Assembly: GCF_036321535.1 (NCBI RefSeq) | Contig: NC_087442.1 | Location: forward strand, 29,822,001-29,886,000 | Source: Camelus dromedarius | Taxonomy: Eukaryota | Direction of reading: 5' to 3' | Length of the DNA stretch: 64,000 nucleotides | Part shown: positions 36,157 to 49,979 of the stretch, piece after piece | How positions within the stretch are numbered: the first letter of the stretch is position 1 | How the letters are laid out: each line of letters begins with the position of its first letter | Made by a program: the position numbers and the translations under genes | The notes under the pieces: model-generated | What the model was told of the DNA's origin: nothing | The model's input: the letters and a program-made list of their open reading frames with translations, nothing else | Database searches by the model: none

Positions 36157-39100
36157 CTAGGGAGAAGAGGAAAGAAGGGGTGGTCACAAATAGTGTTGGG
36201 AACACTCTTCCTCGGCCCCTCATATTCCAGTAGCCAAAAAAAAACCCCAAAAAACAAAACTAAAACACACTGAGTAAGATGATTCTTTTAAATACTCAGA
36301 ATGCTTATCTTTGCCATTTAGATTCTGTTGCTTTGCAAAGTGATTATAAAACATCATGTCATCAATTAAAAAAAGAACTTAGCTAAAAGATGCTTCTAAT
36401 TTTTAATTAAAAATCAGATATTGTAATGTGTTCTAGATGGTGTTTGATTTATCTATATTCTTTTGTTTGGAGTAACTGGTAAGTTTATCATTTTCCACTA
36501 TAGAATAAGGCTATGCTACAGAGTCTCCTTTTGTTTCATCTTTATACATTGCTCACTCTTTCAGTTTCGTTCTTGTTTCCTTCAAGGGGCCTTATACCTA
36601 AAAGATGCTTCTTAAATATTTGCTGAATAAATGCTTACTACAATGAAACACATATCATCAGCTTGTCTTTCCTTCACCTAAAACTTGACATATGTATGAT
36701 ATGTCATTTTAAGAATTACTTTGAATATATTAAATCAAAGCCATTATTCCCACTTTCCCGATGACAAAACTGAACCCCACAGAGGTTAAATAATTGTGTG
36801 TGTGTCCTAAAGTAGAATGAAAACACTCCCATAATTTAAATAACTTTCTTTGTAAGGAATACTGATGTAGTGATAAGCTAAGAGGAAAATTTAAGCAGCG
36901 AAAAGATGGTTTTGGTGTGTCTTCCTTACCCAAAGGTTGACAGCTAGCATGGCTCCATAGTTCAAAAGTATTTACGTTGAACCTGTCATCTGTTGAAGTT
37001 CCATCCAAAAGGCTCCCTGTCATGAAATTCTATTTAAAAATAATAAGGATAGAATGGTCTCCTAAGTCCAGGTGAACTGGAATTAAAAAGTATTTTCCAG
37101 GCAAGTGTAGGAAAGTAAAAAAAAAAGCAAGAACAAAAGTTCTATTTTATTTCTTAGGATCACTATATTTTAAAAATAAAATATTTTTTGTTATTTCCAT
37201 AGATAGTACAATGCAGGTTTGCGAGCTTTGGATTTAAATAGTCTGGATTTGAGTCCCAGATGCAAACTCTGAACTAAATGATGTCATTTTTACAAGGTCA
37301 AAAATATAAATGAACAATATGCATGATAAAGTATCAAACACAGCAGTGGTAGGAGGTGTTTAAAAATAGTAGTTGTTATAATTATTCATACTTAATTTAA
37401 TGTTTGCTATCATTATCAATTTAAATATACTTACTCTATTTTTCAGTAAACAGTTTTATTTCCATTTATAATACTACCGACTTAAGTACTAACCTTTTTT
37501 TCACCAATGAATGTCATGCTCTGAGTGAATAATACTAGGTGCCATTCATATTGATTGTGTGGGAATAGTGTCTCTTTGTAAAATAACACTTTTCTCTTAT
37601 TGAAAAATCATAGAAATGTGATATTTATGTGATATTATTTACTTCTCTTGTTAACTGAGCATTCTTCTCTTGAATTTATATCATAAAATACCATGTTACT
37701 TTATAGAATTCGAGACTCACATTGCGTGTATGGGTATGTGTGTTTGTGTATGTGCGTGTGTATGTGTGTTGGAGGTAAAGTATAATGTAATATCATGCAG
37801 ATATATATCCCACATGATATACTCAGGACTTAAGTAAGATGTGTTTGACTTGTTTAAGTAAGATGCATTTGATTTAACTCAGATTTCTGGAATTTCTACA
37901 AATACACAAAAGTGATCTAATATGACAAATGTGGTGATACCACCATAGCAGATTTCTTTAAAGCCAAAAACCTTCCTAAGATTTGTTACAAAGAAAGGTA
38001 CAACAGCACATAAGGTAGAATTTTGAGTATGCATCCGGAAAACATTCTGAATATGTTCTATAGATATTCCACACTACAGGGGCATGTATTTTTAAATTCA
38101 TTGGAATCTAAGAAGTTAAAACATTCAGATTAAATAGCTTAGTTTTAAATGGTTTTATAAGGTTGCTAACACAATGCCATGGAAAGTGACAAAATGATAG
38201 TATGATATTTGGGAGTATATGTTTGAAAATTGTACCAGGTGTCTGTCTACATATACCCCAAATCCCTACTAAGAGTATATGTAAATATCTGGTATAGTTC
38301 CAACTTAGGTGTTCAGATCAGGGGTAGCTAGATCATGTGTGTCTACTGGCCTTACTCCCCTACAGCATTCTGGCCTGCCTGGTAATCCTTCCCTTTCTCA
38401 CCCCTTCTCCACTCTCTTACACATAGAATAGGGCTACTATGTTATGCAACCCAGAGAGTGACATTTACATTATAGTCTATGTATGAAATTGTGCCCCCTG
38501 GTATTGTGCAACACTCAGCATGTTGACCATAAGCAGTAGCCCCGTCCAAAAACTGACTGAAATACACAGCTAAAGAAATAGCAGCTTAGGAGTCCAAACT
38601 CATGATGCAAATTCTCTCTTCTTACCAAATCTAGGTTTTTGTTTGGCAAGGTATACCATTGTTGTTAACCTTTATGCCTTACTCCCGTCTTGCTCAATCT
38701 ACCGGCACCTCCAGGTTTAAGTACAAGCAATAACACCACTGACCACTGGACCTCTAACTATTGCCTTGTTATTTTGTGACATATTTTTTGAAATCTATTT
38801 AATGTACAAAGGTTTTTGTATTTTTTCAACTTCTCTTTGATTTTGGAATGGTAAGAAATACTCTACCTAAACCTTTTAGTATCTTTCATGATTAAAGATA
38901 ATATACAATCAAAAGAATCACCATTCTTCATTCGGTTTGGCCAAGACGGTATTATGTCACTGACAGTAGAACTGGGGCTTGTAGAAGGGCCTGAATATAG
39001 TCCATGGCATCAATCTAAAAAGCTAAATGTTATATGCTGTCATGATTTACTTTCTATTAATAGTCCAATTCTCATTTGTTATTTATGAGTTGCCTAAAAT

Positions 39101-39789
39101 ATTCTTGTTTATTTTTTTTAAAGTCAGCCAACCAGAGAAATAGATTCTGTAAGTTTGGATTCATTATGTAAAGCAGACTAATAATACAATCATTTGTTGG
39201 GTAAGGCCAGTTTTCTGATTTTCTTATTCTTACTGTATATTGACACAACAGCAGAGTATTCATTTTTCCAGATAAGCAGGGTCTATTTTTAGCCAGGAAT
39301 TACTTGAGTTTAGGGACTCTGCTTTATTTATCTCAATTTCCTTAATGCCTAGCACAGTGTTTGGAGTGTAGCAATCACTGAATGTGTGTTTGTTGAAGTT
39401 TAATATCCTTTTTTGGATCTATCCTAGTTCCATTATATCTTTAAGGTAGAACAAGATGTACCAAAAAGAACTGTGGATTTAGATGTCAATAATTTTTGCT
39501 TATGTACTTCCAGGGGCATGTCAATTCTTTTTGTTTTGCAGCTAATAGAATATTATGATAAGGTGACTTTTTTTTTTTTTTTGAGCTATAGAAGTAAACT
39601 GAGCTAAACAGTTAGTTCAAGTATATATTAACATTTCAATAGGATAATGTTATGCTACTACTGAGATTTTTTTAATCTTGTTATTTGCAATGGCATACTT
39701 TGTATAGGCTTAAAAATCTGATGTGCTAGTTATGTAGAAGTTGTAACAGCAGTGTTTACATTTGGATGATGCTTTACAACTTTATGTCT

Positions 39790-40100
39790 AGTATCTCATG
39801 TTATCCAGACAGCAACCCAGTGAGATAGGTACTTTTTGTCTCCCTTTATATAAGAGGACATTGAGATACAGAGAAAGTAAGTCTCATTTGCTTATGATTA
39901 TACAGCTCACAAAGTTATAACTCAGGTTATCTGATTCTAAATTCAGTGCTTCTTCTTAGACTTGAGGAAGTCATTGGTCTTTCTCAACTTCAATTTCTGC
40001 ATCTATAAAATGGGAATCATAATATTTACCTTTCAGGGTTGTTATAAGAAATAAATGTAATGAATGTTAAGTGTTTGGCACTCATTAAATAGTGGCTATG
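39790..40100. mobile_element. Two MIR fragments in opposite orientation (minus ~39790-39955, plus ~39960-40100)
   Basis: caacccagtgagataggtact..gaggacattgagatacagaga; ttcaatttctgcatctataaaatgggaatcataata. Confidence 0.6.
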
Positions 40101-41370
40101 CTCTTAGTTTGAACAGAAAGGGCATATGTAGCTTAGCTGATGATAAAACCAGCTAATTGGAAGTACTTGTATTCCCACAATTAGTAGGAATGAAATGGCC
40201 AAAAAGAAAAATAGGGGTAGCCTTATAGTGAAAGATTGGAGATGACACATACTTAAATCAATGTGAAACAAAATAACATGCAGTCAGTGCTGATGAGTTA
40301 CCTGAAAGGAACATGCAACACTGAACGTTGATGACAGGAACCACACCACTGTTACCTGGAGAGCCAGAGGACTCGGACTGCCTTGGATGTCTTTAAAACC
40401 CCTCAGAGAGGGAAACACCCAACAAACACTGGTGGAATGAATGAAATAATCATGGACTACACTTTGACCTCTTTCATAATGCTGTCTTGATTTGTCTTTA
40501 TAAACATTTCTATAGTCACACTGTCTCCTCATAGAGTTTATAAGTGCTTATGTTCCATAAGATGCCAAGAGTATTCCCTTGACCATAATAGATTTTCAAT
40601 GATTGTCAGAGACTGGGAGAAATACCCTTGCCTCTCTTGCTTTGGACCTTCCTTTAAGGAGTTAGGTGGCCTGCTGTGTGAAAAGTAGCCTTTAGGGGCC
40701 CATGTTTTCTATCAGAGTAGGTGCTTTCATCACGGTATTTAGAAAAGTTAGTTAACAACCTGCACTAGGTAGATGCTTCTTCCCCTGGTCCACTATTTTA
40801 CTAGTAGCCAGCTATATTACTAGATTACTTATTAGCTTGCTGTATTCCTAGATTTTCCCTGTTGTGGGCATGTGACTGGTCAACACAAATCTGAGAATCA
40901 TGCCAAGTGGGAAAATGGAGATGGGAGAAGTGTTCAAAAAAGTTAATCATTTCATTCTTCCTTCTTTTGTGGAAATGGATAAGAAAATGAGTTTCTATGA
41001 CTTATTTTTTGCCATTATTATGAATAATCACTAAATATGGGATTATTTTTATTTAGAAAGACTGAGAACTTTTAAAAGAATAACTTTGAGTAACTTATTC
41101 ATAACTGCTCTCTAAAGCCAGAAGAGATTGATTGACAGGAAGCAGTGAATCTGCTGTCAACAGGAACATTCAAACAGATTCTTCAGAAATGGGATCCATA
41201 AGATAGAGTTATTTCTTGAGTCAAGTCTGTGATTCTGTCCCTATGATTCTAAGCATGGCCTCTCCTGTTATGTTTCCACAAAAGAATTGACCTAAAATCA
41301 TAAGATGTTATGAGAAATTGACCCCAAGATAGAATCTCTTGAGAATTAGAACACTGTAACTCACACTTAC

Positions 41371-41408
<38 letters not shown>

Positions 41409-41899
41409 CCTTGTCAAGATCAGAATGCTGGAGAAGAATGAAAACTGCAATCTAACCTAAGCCATGGTGGCTTTTCTTCTGGGTAAAATGGATGGTGCTA
41501 ATTCTTAGAGATTTAATTTGTAATCACTGCAGCTGGAGGAGAGAATTCTTTTTCAAAGGAAAGCTTTTGGAGTGTTCACTTTTTCCCCATTAGGCAAAAT
41601 AATAGGATTAACAGTTAAATTTTTAAGAGAAGACAATTTGGCAAGAGTTTAAGTCAGTTTATATTTGGGATTAAGAAGTGATTTTAGACATTGAATCAAG
41701 AGACAAATAGCTCAATTTGCCAGGAAGCTTAAGCCATTTTATTCATTCTTTCTGCCAGGGTAAAATCTGGAAATTTCATTTAGGAAAGGTGACTTACTGT
41801 GACCTTGACTGCCCATTAAAGGTCAAGTAAAAAGTAAAACATTTATACAGACTGAACCAAAGCACATAATTTATACAAAATAACAGTGTATTAAGACCA

Positions 41900-42170
41900 T
41901 GTATTAATTTTCTACTGCTGCATAACAAATTAGCACAAACTCTGTATCTTAAAGCAATGCAAGGCTACTATCGCATAGTTTCTATTTGTTAGAGTCCAGG
42001 TATGGCTTAGCTGGATCCTCTTCTCAGTGTTGCACAAGACTGCAGTGCAGGTATTGACTGCAGTGCAGGTATTGGCTACAGCTGGAATTTCATCTGGGAT
42101 TCGGGGTCCTCTGCTAAGCTCACTGATTGTTGGTAGAATTTGGTTCCTTAAGGACTGAAGCCCTCAGCTC
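41900..42170 (-). mobile_element. Truncated MLT1D/E-like MaLR LTR with an internal 18-bp tandem duplication (42038-42073)
   Basis: gtattaattttctactgctgcataacaaattagcacaaact..gcttagctggatcctct; GACTGCAGTGCAGGTATT x2. Confidence 0.75.
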
Positions 42171-44012
42171 AACTAAGCAAATGGGAAGAGGATGAGACAT
42201 TTTGGGAGTGGTCAAGGGAACAAAAGTGATCAGCAGAACATCATGGAAAACTTCTACTTTCACATAGGGCAGGAGATGAATTGTTCAAAAGGGCTGGGTA
42301 CTACAGAGAGCAGAAGCAGATGCCCATCGTCACTGGGTGTTAGAGTTCTGAAGTTATTTGTGATCTTTGAGGTAGTAGTTTACAATCGCCAAGAACTGAT
42401 AAGCTAATGGTATTAGGGGCTGAGAATAGAAGACAAATCAGCACAATAAAGAAGAGATTAAAGAAGAGATTCTTTCCCCATATCATCAAGTATGCTAATC
42501 AATTGCAACTACTTTTCACAATAATCTATTTGCCATCTCTGTCACCTTCAGACCAGAAGACACATGGTATATTTTCATAGGTCATAGCTCACTTCTACAA
42601 AAATTTATTTTTCTATAAATGAAGGTATTTCTAGGGCAAGTCTCTCTTCTACCTGATGGCAGTTATCAGTTATCCTCAAGTAAATTCAGTCTGTGTGGTG
42701 ACTTCTTTCTTTTCAGGTCTCTAACTTAGGCAAAGCTCAGGGGGTTCAGGTGCACATGTGACAGCCAGACTTCTATAGGGAGGATGGATTGGGGCCTAAG
42801 CTGTTCTCTGATGTGTACCAGCATGGGCTGTGATGGAAATCATCTGGTTTGCTTGTGGGTCTATTTTCAGCATAGTCACTGAGATGTTGCAGTCCCATAA
42901 ACCCTACTATCAGATCCATATAGGTCTATTTCTACCCTGCTTCCCTCTGCTTTTCCTCCTTATATCTTAGACCCATCTGGTATTAATACTTCACTCTCAG
43001 CTCTTTCCACCTTACCCCAAGGAGCTCAGAATACTGTCAGAGGTTCACCTGATCTGCTGAGGGTCAAGGTGAGGTGTGTGAGAATAATGCTTTTCTGTCT
43101 CAGGTCCTCACTACCCAGACCTACCCCTCAGTCATTTCTATCTGATGGCTATTGCACATACTGGAGCAGACAGCATCTCTAAAGCATTCATCATCTCCTT
43201 AGGCTTTATCTCTTCCCTCAGATAGCCTCAAACATGTCTGGCTGGATTATCCAAAATCATCTCACATCCCCAGACCATTGTACTCAGCCTAAGGGTGTAG
43301 GGTATCAGGCCCCTTCTCAGGACCTCAGAGATTTTTAAACTGTCTTCCATCCTCCACAGAACTCCCTCCAATCCTTTTATCTTATTTTCAGGGATAGGGT
43401 ATGTAGTTCATCATATTTTTTTTCTTTTCAGTCTATTTGTTAAATGATATAAAATTTATGTTAGACTTAGTCTCCTCTAGAGATTAGTCATTTGATTTCA
43501 AAATACTCAGGTCTTCCGAATTGGAATCCTTGGCTTTCACAACAATGACCCTTGCTATGAGTTGCAAAAACTTATTTGGAGCTAAAACCAAGAACTTGCC
43601 TCTGATTCTGTATGCAGCTGTGTTAGTCATGCTTCAAGCCACTCCTGTCATAGTGATGGTCACAGGAAGACTGTGTGTTGGGGGATAGGGGTGGGGAATG
43701 GGTCACGGTGGTGATGCTGTTGGTGAAACAGGGTGGTGATGCCAAGGAGTGGAAAACCTGTTATCTCCAATTCTTATCCTTTAACACATTTATGCAATAT
43801 ATGAAATTGAAATTTCCATTAGTCTTTAAGAAAGCTTTCCTTCCTCTCCTCTTGTGAGGAATTAAAAAAAAACAAAACCTAAGGCTGTTTAATCTAGAGA
43901 AAATCAGTCTCTAGGAGTTGTCGACTGGTGTTTCACTGAGCTGATTGGGTGGGGAAGCCACCAAAAAGAAGGAGGAAGGGATACAGGAAAATGGGGCTGG
44001 AGAGGATGGCCA

Positions 44013-44470
44013 TGTTACAGGTTCCAGGCTTCACACAGGAAAAAGTTCAAGAGTGAGCCATAATAGAGTGAAGCTAGGTTTATTCAGAGAGATACACTCT
44101 CCATAGACAGAGTGTGGGATGTCTCAGAAAGCGAGAGAGAGAGAGAGAGAGAGACACCAAGGAGTACAGTGTTGTTGTTTTTTATGGGCTCAATAACTTC
44201 ATATGCTAACAAGTGGGAGGATCATCCAGCTACTTTGGGGAAGGATCTGGGATTCCCAGGAATTCGGCCATCACCCACTTTTTGACCTTTTATAGTCAGC
44301 CTTGAAACTGTCATGGCACCTGTGGGAGGGCCATTTAGCATCCTGTTGTATTACAGAGAGAGCGTATCATGAAGCTCAAGGTCTACTGGGAGTTGAATCT
44401 TCCACCATCTTGATGCTAATTACTGTGTCATTCTTTTAATGGTTGTGCCCTGCGCCCTTCCCTATGGTCA
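44013..44470 (-). mobile_element. ERV1-class LTR containing (GA)11 at 44133-44154
   Basis: tgttacagg..ggtttattcagagagatacactctccatagacagagtgtgg..tcttccaccatcttg..ccttcc..tca; no TSD found. Confidence 0.65.
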
Positions 44471-44629
44471 CAGAAGGAAAATTTCATGTATTGAGCCCCT
44501 ATTTTGTATCAATAGTTTTCCACATTTTGCTTCTGTTATTAAATTATTCTTTATGAAAATGATATGAGAATAAGTATTATCATCCTATTTTTACAGTAAA
44601 GAAACAGAGCAGAAAAATTAAGTAGCAGA

Positions 44630-44875
44630 GAAGCAGTAAGACGAAGTGGTCACAAGCATAGTCTCTGGAGCCAGACTGTCTGATGTTAAACCTGGCTTGG
44701 CCGCTTACCAGCTGTGTGACTTCGGACAATTTGCTTAACCTTTCTGTGCCTTGGTTTTCTTAACTGTAAATGGAGAAAATGATAATGCATACTCTTAGGG
44801 TTGTTGTGAGACAATGTGCTAATATATACAAAGTAATTAGAAGAGTGCCTGGCACTTAGTAAATGTTATAGAAAA
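44630..44875 (+). mobile_element. MIR SINE, near full length
   Basis: agtctctggagccagactg..gcttaccagctgtgtgacttcggacaatttgcttaacctttctgtgcc..gtgcctggcacttagtaaatg. Confidence 0.9.
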
Positions 44876-45024
44876 GTTTTTATATTAGTATTATATTAAA
44901 TTATTCTAGCCATAAAACTAAGTAACAGAGCATGAATTTGAAAGTAGATCAGTCTGACTGTTTTAAGGTAAACATTATATATCACCATACTTTATGTAAT
45001 ACCATATATTCGTATGTGTTAAGT

Positions 45025-45217
45025 CTTTTTAAAGCTTTATTGAGATATATGTATTGAGATACATAATTTACATACCAGAAAATCCACCCATTTAAAGTAT
45101 ACAGTGGTTTTCAGTATACATATTTCTGCCCCATCACCATAATGTAATTTGAGAACATTTTCAGCCCTCCAGAAAGAAAACTTGTGTCAATTAGTATCAC
45201 TTTCCCTCTCCCCAACC
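45025..45217 (-). mobile_element. L1MB-type 3' end
   Basis: aaagctttattgagata..cacccatttaaagtatacagt..ttgagaacattttca. Confidence 0.8.
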
Positions 45218-46826
45218 TATGTTAAGTTTTATAATTTCTTTAAGAATTTCCTTCCATAAATATTTATTAAGCTTTTCCTATATGCTATGCACTGTACTAC
45301 ATAGCATTGAGAAAATGATCTGTATACATACAATTACCTATTGTTTGCTACCACATCAAGAAAATTGGCTAGATGGATTGTCTCAAATTTGGGGTTTATG
45401 TTTTAGATGGGCTGACTTAATACAGGGGCTCCATCAGGGGTCTTGGGAGAAGATCTCAGTGTTCATTTCTTCTCCCAAGAAGCTGCGACCACTAATTGGG
45501 AGAAACATACCAAACATATTTAGAAACTTGAAGAATAACGCTAAATCAAAAGTCACTCAAGTACAGCCTCCACAGTGCAGAAGCTGATTTATAACCAAGT
45601 TATTTCTTATATGGATACTACCATAATAGTCTGGATTGATTTATTTAATGATGGTGACATAGGGTCAACTACACATGCAATAAAAGTCAGATGTGCAGGA
45701 AGAATCATAATTTCTAATGTTTTGTAAGTGAGGTAATGTTGCCCTCAAGTCCCCATCCCTACAGCTAACTGGGTGGAGAGTGAAGAAACGGGGGATTAAA
45801 CTTGCGCGTTGACACTATCTTATTATCTTCTAGTTTAAAATAACCTTATTTAGTGTTACCACAGCCTGTTTTTTGGTAAATACTTCATCTTTCAGGGTTT
45901 ACTCATTTTTCTTTCATATAGTGCATCTTATTTCAAGGGGAGGTCTATGTGTCTTTATGCCATGCAGGAAAGGGCTTTTGGTCCATGTGTTAACAAATCT
46001 AGTTTCCAAATCATCAAAATAGGGAAGAAAGTGCTAGGTGCAAGTAAGTTAATTTCTAAAGTCACATATTCACAAGAGCTTTGAAAATTATTAGTACATT
46101 GATCTTAGACTTGACATTTCAGATTGTGTCTGCTTCTTCGTTTACAGGGCCCTGAAACATAACAACGACAAATTACAAAAAATCCCCTGGTCTATTTTAA
46201 TAACACTGGCGGTGACCTTAAGATTACATGTATATATTCAAGTTCACATGTTTCACTATTTTAAATACATTATTTAATCTAAATACTTTTGCTTAATACT
46301 CAAACTGATTTTGGACAATCAAAGAAAGCTGTTTAAGTATTTTTGTGACCTATAAGGAAATGTCAAGCCAATTCTCATAGCAGCATTTTGCTAAATTTTG
46401 CATTGTTTAGGATAATTAGAGGTGAAACAGTAGAATGAGTAGATTATTTTCAGACTCTGCTTTTAAATTTGAGTAAATGGATGTCCAAAATAATGAGACA
46501 TCCCATTTATAAGTGATCCAATCTTACAGTGAGCAATGAGGGAAGGCATCAACTCATAGAATTCCAGAAGATAATTTAGAAAATATTTTTGAATTTACTT
46601 ATATGAAAGAGCTAAATTTTACCTCAAGAGTATTTTTCAATTAAAAAAAAAAGTCCTTTGTGGTAGAATTTTCTTTTTTTACTTTATATTGAAGGTAAAA
46701 TACACATCATCAGATTTTTCTCAAATACTTTAACTGTTTAAAAAATCTATTGAAAAATATTTTTTCTTATTCTCTGAATTTAAGTAATTTTTTTTGTAAA
46801 TTAAAATAATTGCAAGTGTGCAGATT

Positions 46827-47345
46827 TGTGAAGCAAAGGGTTAATGCAGCAGATCTGAGACTTCTGTCCTTAGAAAGGCCTGCTTACAAGGTTGACCCTT
46901 GGCTGATGTCTGCGAATTTGAATTTGAGGAATTTATCCACCATTTACAAACTAATAAGATAGTTCACTGTGCCTAGACTGCAACATAATGTGGTTTATGC
47001 TGATATCCTGCTTTACTTCTGGTGTCTGGAATTTTGGTACATGCTAAGCAGAGGGTGCCTACAGGACCAGCCCCCAATAAAAACCTTGGACACTGAGTCT
47101 ATACTAGGCTCCCCCTGGGTAGAAACAGCACATGCATGTTGCTATATTTTCTCTATTGGGGAAGAGCATGCTCTGTGTGACCTCTCATGAGAGGAGGTGA
47201 ACATAAAGAAGACTGCACATGGATTCCCCTAGACTGCCTGTGCCTTTCCCCCTATGATTAAATCTTAGCTCTGGATACAACTGTATGCTGAATCCTGTGA
47301 ATCCTTTTAGAGAGTCTCAAAACATGGAGTGGGCTTGGGGATCCC
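46827..47345 (+). mobile_element. MER21/MER77-like ERVL LTR
   Basis: tgtgaagcaaagggttaatgcagcag..ccttagaaaggcctgcttacaaggttgaccc..gaccagcccccaataaaaaccttggacactgagtct. Confidence 0.8.
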
Positions 47346-49979
47346 AACGTACCTTTATAATATTGTACATTTTTTTTTAAAGAAACAACAAATGGCATAA
47401 AAATAGAAAAGTGCAAATGTGCCATAACTGCTGATTTATAGGTTTTTCATCACAAAGATTGATCCGATTTTATCTCATCATTCTCACAAGAAAAGAAGTC
47501 AAGCTTCATTTCTTTTTCCAGTGATAGCATTTCATAGTTCCTAAAATATGACAGGACATCAGAGATATCTGGTTTCAATATAAATACCAAATAAAGAAAA
47601 TGAACACCCAAAATTTAAAAAGCAATCCTGTTGTGTGAATGGTATAAATTTTAATCCAAATAAGGTTAAGAGTGGCCCTTTATAACTATTCAGCCCAGAG
47701 GAGGGGGGAAAAATGTAGCTGGACTGGTAAATGTGTAACAGCTGGCAAGCCTCTGTTGCCAGCTCTTATTTTAGATTACTCAGAGTCCTGGCTCTATGAA
47801 GTGTAACTTTGAATCTCAAAGAACCTTCAGAGGAGATTTTTGAAACTTCATTTCTTTTTCATTTTCTTGGGCTCATTAAATCAGTAAATGTGAAAGGAAA
47901 TGTGACTTAAAAGAAGGTATGTATGATGATGAATAACAAATCAGAGAAGCAGACAGCTGTAGCTCTTGGTTTAATGGGTTTTAAGCTGATGCCTTAATGT
48001 TGCCAGTTAAACTATTGTGAAAACTTGCCATTGACTAATTGCATGCTGGCTTATTTAGAAGGGAAAGTCTGAAACAGCCAATTAAATGAATCTGAAATGG
48101 TTGTATTCTCTGAGCTGTCTCAAAGTACCTATTTACAAGTATGCTGAGGCTTAGGATACATTTTTAAAATGTTAGTAACAGATTTCAAAATCCTATGAAT
48201 TTTATTATTATTCCATTGAAGGGAATAAAATGCATTACAGATTTTGCTGTACTAGAAATAGAAATTAAAAGTAAAAAACTCAGTTTGCCTAATGCAAAGT
48301 ACTGTCTGTAGTGGCAGACTGCTTGCTTTCCCAGGCTGCATGCCTCATGTCTCTATTTCACCCCATAATAATTATTCCTTTATCAAAGGACTGAAATGAC
48401 AATGCTCAACAGATTTAACCTGACCTAAGTGTGAATGGAAAAGTTATTCTCATCCTTAGTATAAAGCATTTATACATTATTTTTCAGTGTTTTGATGTGT
48501 TAGGGATAAGAACCTATTTTACTGCCCTTGTTGTACAATTAAGTCAATCAAAATGTGCCCACTGATGTTACAAAAAAAACCCCCATTTATGATTAATAAT
48601 TTCCCCACGAATGCATAGGATTCCACACATTTTTCCTAACCAATGTGAATTCTCACCTTTAATTTCATACCTTCCTACATTAAAAAAATTTTCCCTCTTC
48701 CTTGAAACATATATGTCCCAGAGCCCAACTTATATCTCATCATGTGCTTGTCTCCAGCAGTTGACAGTGTTGTAGATGTGCTTGATTGAACAGCTGTATT
48801 TTATTGAAACAACAGCTTTCTTTTGTGTGTCCCCTCCCTAATTTCCTGGCTACTCTGAGGAAAAGCACCATAATGTTGAAGCTCTTGGCCACTATTCTGA
48901 TTCACAAGTGTGTGATTCACCCACCATATCCAATTTTCTCCTTTCCGTTCATTTGCAGGAGAATGTACTTCATGCTTCCACCAACTTCATGGCTCTCCTC
49001 ATTACTCAGCTTCTCTCTCATTGACTGATTATACTTATCTTGCTGCAAGAAATTACTTCACATAAAAAAAAATATTCTATTTTCTCCTGTTCAGAAACTA
49101 AGAAAATTAACACCAAATAACATAGATATATATGTCCTCTAGTTCCTTCCTTCTTTCTCATTTTATCATCCATAGTCCTTTAGGCAAAGCTTATTGCTCT
49201 AGTCCAGTGAGCCTCAATCTTCAGTCATTTGAGTAGGGCCTTCATGATTGTTGCTTTATCTGTATTCCTTCTTTACTATTATTTATGTAATGATTCCATT
49301 TAAATCAACTGACTAGTGGGGGTGGTCTAGTTCTATTTTAAATAAGCTCACTACCTTTTGTAACCTTTGTCTGATAATATTTGTACAATTAAGAAATTAG
49401 TGTCCTCATTGTAGTTTTCTGATATACATTGAATTAAATAACATTTGAAATATAAGGCAACCTTATATAGCTCCAGTAACATTAGAGTTTGTTGAATCTT
49501 GTGTATAAATCACTCATTTATAATTTTGAGCTTTCCAGTGTTTTATTTCCCTTATTTGAACTCTTCTTTCCCATCTCCCCTCACATGTCCTTTCATTCAT
49601 GTCCTTTCATGCCTTCATGATCTGGCTTAAGTCAACTCTTCTGATCCTGCTCTGTTGACTCTTTCAGTCTTTTTCCTTTTGCATTTTAAACTTATAACTA
49701 TAATATTCTAAATTTCACTTATTTTTATTTTCCAGTAATTTAAGGTTTTTACACAAGTATTCATGGATTTTTTTTCCTCCTTCCCTAAGATTATATTCTT
49801 TCTCAAAAGACTGAGCTTCCTGAGGACTATGATTATATTTCAGTTCTACAGTATCTCTCCCTTACCTAATACAAGGATCTATACACCCCTAGACTTCCAG
49901 CAATGCTGTTTGGCTAATAATTGTATAATGGATGGATATACAAGATCATAATATTTGATGGTTATATTTTACAGCCTTG

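Noticed and set aside
39790-40100. Inverted MIR pairs (also ~44560-44875) as possible RNA hairpins
   Set aside because: Arms are too diverged and overlap little in consensus coordinates; MIR density makes such pairs expected.
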